Source: Scyliorhinus canicula (taxonomy: Eukaryota). From it: 64,000 bases of DNA. Positions 61,545 through 64,000 of this stretch are shown piece after piece. The notes below the pieces were generated by a model. The model did not search any database, had not been told where the DNA came from, and saw nothing but the letters and a program-made list of their open reading frames with translations. Location of the stretch: contig NC_052163.1 of assembly GCF_902713615.1 (NCBI RefSeq), positions 123,665,144 through 123,729,143 of the forward strand, in the 5' to 3' direction. Each line of letters starts with the position of its first letter. The first letter of the stretch is position 1. A program made the translations under genes and the position numbers.

Positions 61545-61810
61545 CTCTACAGTACAGGAGGAGGCCATTCAGTCCATTGAGCTCCTCCGAAAGAGCACTC
61601 GACCTAGATCCAGTTGCCCACCTCATCCCCATCACCCCGTGCATTGATCATGGCCAATCCGCCTAAACTTCGCATCTTCAGACTGTCCGCGGAAACCTGA
61701 GCACCCAGACAAAACCCACGCAGACACGGGGAGAACGTGCAAACTCCACCCAAGCCTGGGATTGAATCCGGGTCCCTGACGCTATGAGGCAGCAGTGCTA
61801 ACCACTGTTC
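61545..61810 (-). mobile_element. HE1-like V-SINE, diverged
   Basis: V-domain and CR1-type tail on minus strand. Confidence 0.85.
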
Positions 61811-62502
61811 CAGTGGACTGCTCAAAATCACAATCTTTTCAGTATTATCAGTGGCTTCTGTTGTATCAGAGGAATTGCAATAACCCCAAATCAAATGCTG
61901 TGTTGATCTATTTGTACAAGCCAAACTTTAATAATAGAAAAAGATGAATGTGAAAATGATAAGAATTAAGGTGAATTGAATAATGATAAAACAAGTGAAG
62001 GCAGAACTGAGCAGAGTGCATACCTTCATCGCACTGTTCTAACTCAACATTATTACAACTACTCAGCTCTTAAGTGAGCCTTTTCCTTGCCTATCTCACT
62101 GAGGAGCCTTCAGGCCGATCCACATTCAACAATCGGTTCGGAAAACTCTGCTCATATTTTGACAGCTGTGCCAAATTTCATCAAAGCAGCTGAGACAGCC
62201 AACAACGTTCTAAAGCAACCAACAGCATTCTAAATAAAATAGCCCACACATTCTAAAAACAAGTCAACTTGACCTCTCTCCCAAAGTCAATGGCCCTTTA
62301 TAAAAAATTCCTGGATTCGGATCTGCATCTTCGCTAAAACTAATCAGTTGTTCCTTGCGCCATAACCTACCTGTGGACCAGGTTTTGTTGGAATCTGTCC
62401 ATTAGTTTATAGACAAACAAACTAATGGGTGCAAACATAACTTTGCGGAGGTAAATACAATGCAACACAATGGATAAAAAAGTAACTGAATTTGGAGAGA
62501 TA

Positions 62503-62728
62503 TTAAAAAAATTTTTTTTAGAGTACCCAATTATTGTTTCCAATTAATGGACAATTTAGCGTGGCCAATCCACCTCACCTGCACATCTTTAGGTTGTGGG
62601 GGTGAGACCCACGCAGACATGGGGAGAATGTGCAAACTCCACACGGACAGTGACCCAGGGCCGGGACCGGACCCGGGTCCTCGGCGCCATGAGGCAGCAG
62701 TGCTAACCACAGCGCCACCGTGCCGCCC
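62503..62728 (-). mobile_element. Short V-SINE variant with A-rich tail
   Basis: Same family as 12667-12894. Confidence 0.9.
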
Positions 62729-62789
62729 TGAGAAACCTTTTAATCTATCTGTATGTGTGTGTCTCTTGGGTGATTTTTCTTTGAAAAAT

Positions 62790-62905
62790 ACTTCAGATGC
62801 TGGAATACTCAAATCAAAAACAGAAAATGCTGGAAATGCTCAGCGGGTCTGGAAGTATCTGTGGAGAGAGACAGAGTTAACGTTCTAGGTCAATGACCTA
62901 TCAGA
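62790..62905 (-). mobile_element. Penelope-like pLTR fragment
   Basis: Reverse complement of the 11480-11602 family. Confidence 0.65.
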
Positions 62906-63477
62906 GAATTGGGAAAATATTTCAGAGCTGGGCTCTGACGGATGGCTGTATTCATTGGATTATGCTTTCTAAGAGCAGAATAGCCTCTTACTGTGTTATT
63001 GTATGATTCCATGGCCGCACCTCTCCTATTTGACAATCCGGCACAGCGGTGGCCGGAACATGGAGTGTTTCTGGCTGCGCGGATAGCAGGGTAACACGCC
63101 AAATCCTCCAGCCCCGCCCTCATTGATTATGCACCCAGGAGTTATACACTGTATTCAGTGGTGAGGAAGGCCTGGCTGACACGTAGCCCGCCATCGCGTC
63201 TGTCATCGTATTCAATAGGCTCCAACATCACTGACCCACTATTGAAGAATGAAGGTGGACCTCCTGAAAATGCAGCTGGAAGGCCAGGAACATTCAGAGG
63301 CTGGACGATGGACCCCTGCAGGACAGGCCTGCTTGCCGATGCACCCCCCCCCCCCCCCGACTCACTACTGTGATGTTCCAGGGTTCAGGGTTGCAGGCAG
63401 CCTCCTCCCAAACTCCGAAGGCAGAACCTGGCAGTGCCCCAACATCTGCACACCATCTGGTTCCGAAGGTATTTCAT

Positions 63478-63799
63478 GCACGGTAGCACAGTGGGCAGCA
63501 CTGTTGCTTCACTGCTCCAGGGTCCCGGGTTCGATTCCCGGCTTGGGTCATAGTCTGTGCGGAGTCTGCACGTTCTCCCTGTGTGTGCGTGGGTTTCCTC
63601 CGGGTGCTCCGGATTCCTCCCACAGTCCAAAGATCTGTAGGTTCGGTGGATTGGCCATGCTAAATTGCCCTTAGTGTCCAAAAAGGTTAGTTGGGTTACT
63701 GGGTTACGGGGATAGGGTGGAGTTGTGGGCTTGGTTGGGGTGTTCTTTCGAAGGCCAGTGCAGGGCCGAATGGCCTCCTTCTGCACTGTAAATTCTATG
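63478..63799 (+). mobile_element. HE1-like V-SINE
   Basis: tRNA head, V-domain, GGGCCGAATGGCCTCCTTCTGCACTGTAAATTCTATG tail. Confidence 0.92.
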
Positions 63800-64000
63800 C
63801 CGGCGCCGCATAGAATCTGGTGTGGCGGCCAAGGGCGGTCAGGCCTCCACCTGCATCCCACTAATGGGATTTAAATGAGGTTCACCCTGTCCTTTGGCAC
63901 AAAAGATCCTGCTGTAAATTCACGCTGCTGTGAGACCAATTTCTGGCCCTCCCGCCATATTCTTCCACCATGCCCATCATCAAATATGCCGGCGATGACT

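Overview
Repeat-dense, apparently intronic or intergenic vertebrate DNA. The repeat inventory (HE1-like V-SINEs, Deu-domain SINEs, CR1/L2/Rex1/RTE/L1 LINEs, Penelope pLTRs, Harbinger MITEs) points to a cartilaginous fish, probably a catshark-like shark; this assignment is an inference. I found no host protein-coding exon that I can identify, and the interpretable ORFs in the track are transposon relics or low-complexity artefacts. The most interesting structure is: (1) minimal hammerhead-ribozyme motifs in Penelope pLTRs, one with an intact core at 10919-10955; (2) a modular tRNA-SINE system whose alternative 3' tails match different LINE partners (CR1, Rex1/Babar, probably L1), with relics of those LINEs in the same window; (3) a TSD-flanked L1 derivative with ORF1 but no ORF2 (HAL1-like) at 38811-41540; (4) a ~370-bp non-coding block present twice (20081 and 25372), bracketing three minisatellites, one of which is an array of about 30 inverted CCAAT boxes ending at a TATAAA; (5) both Harbinger genes as relics plus many CpG-rich MITEs, and a hAT MITE sharing an internal module with them. 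All calls were made by eye; boundaries without a stated TSD are approximate.
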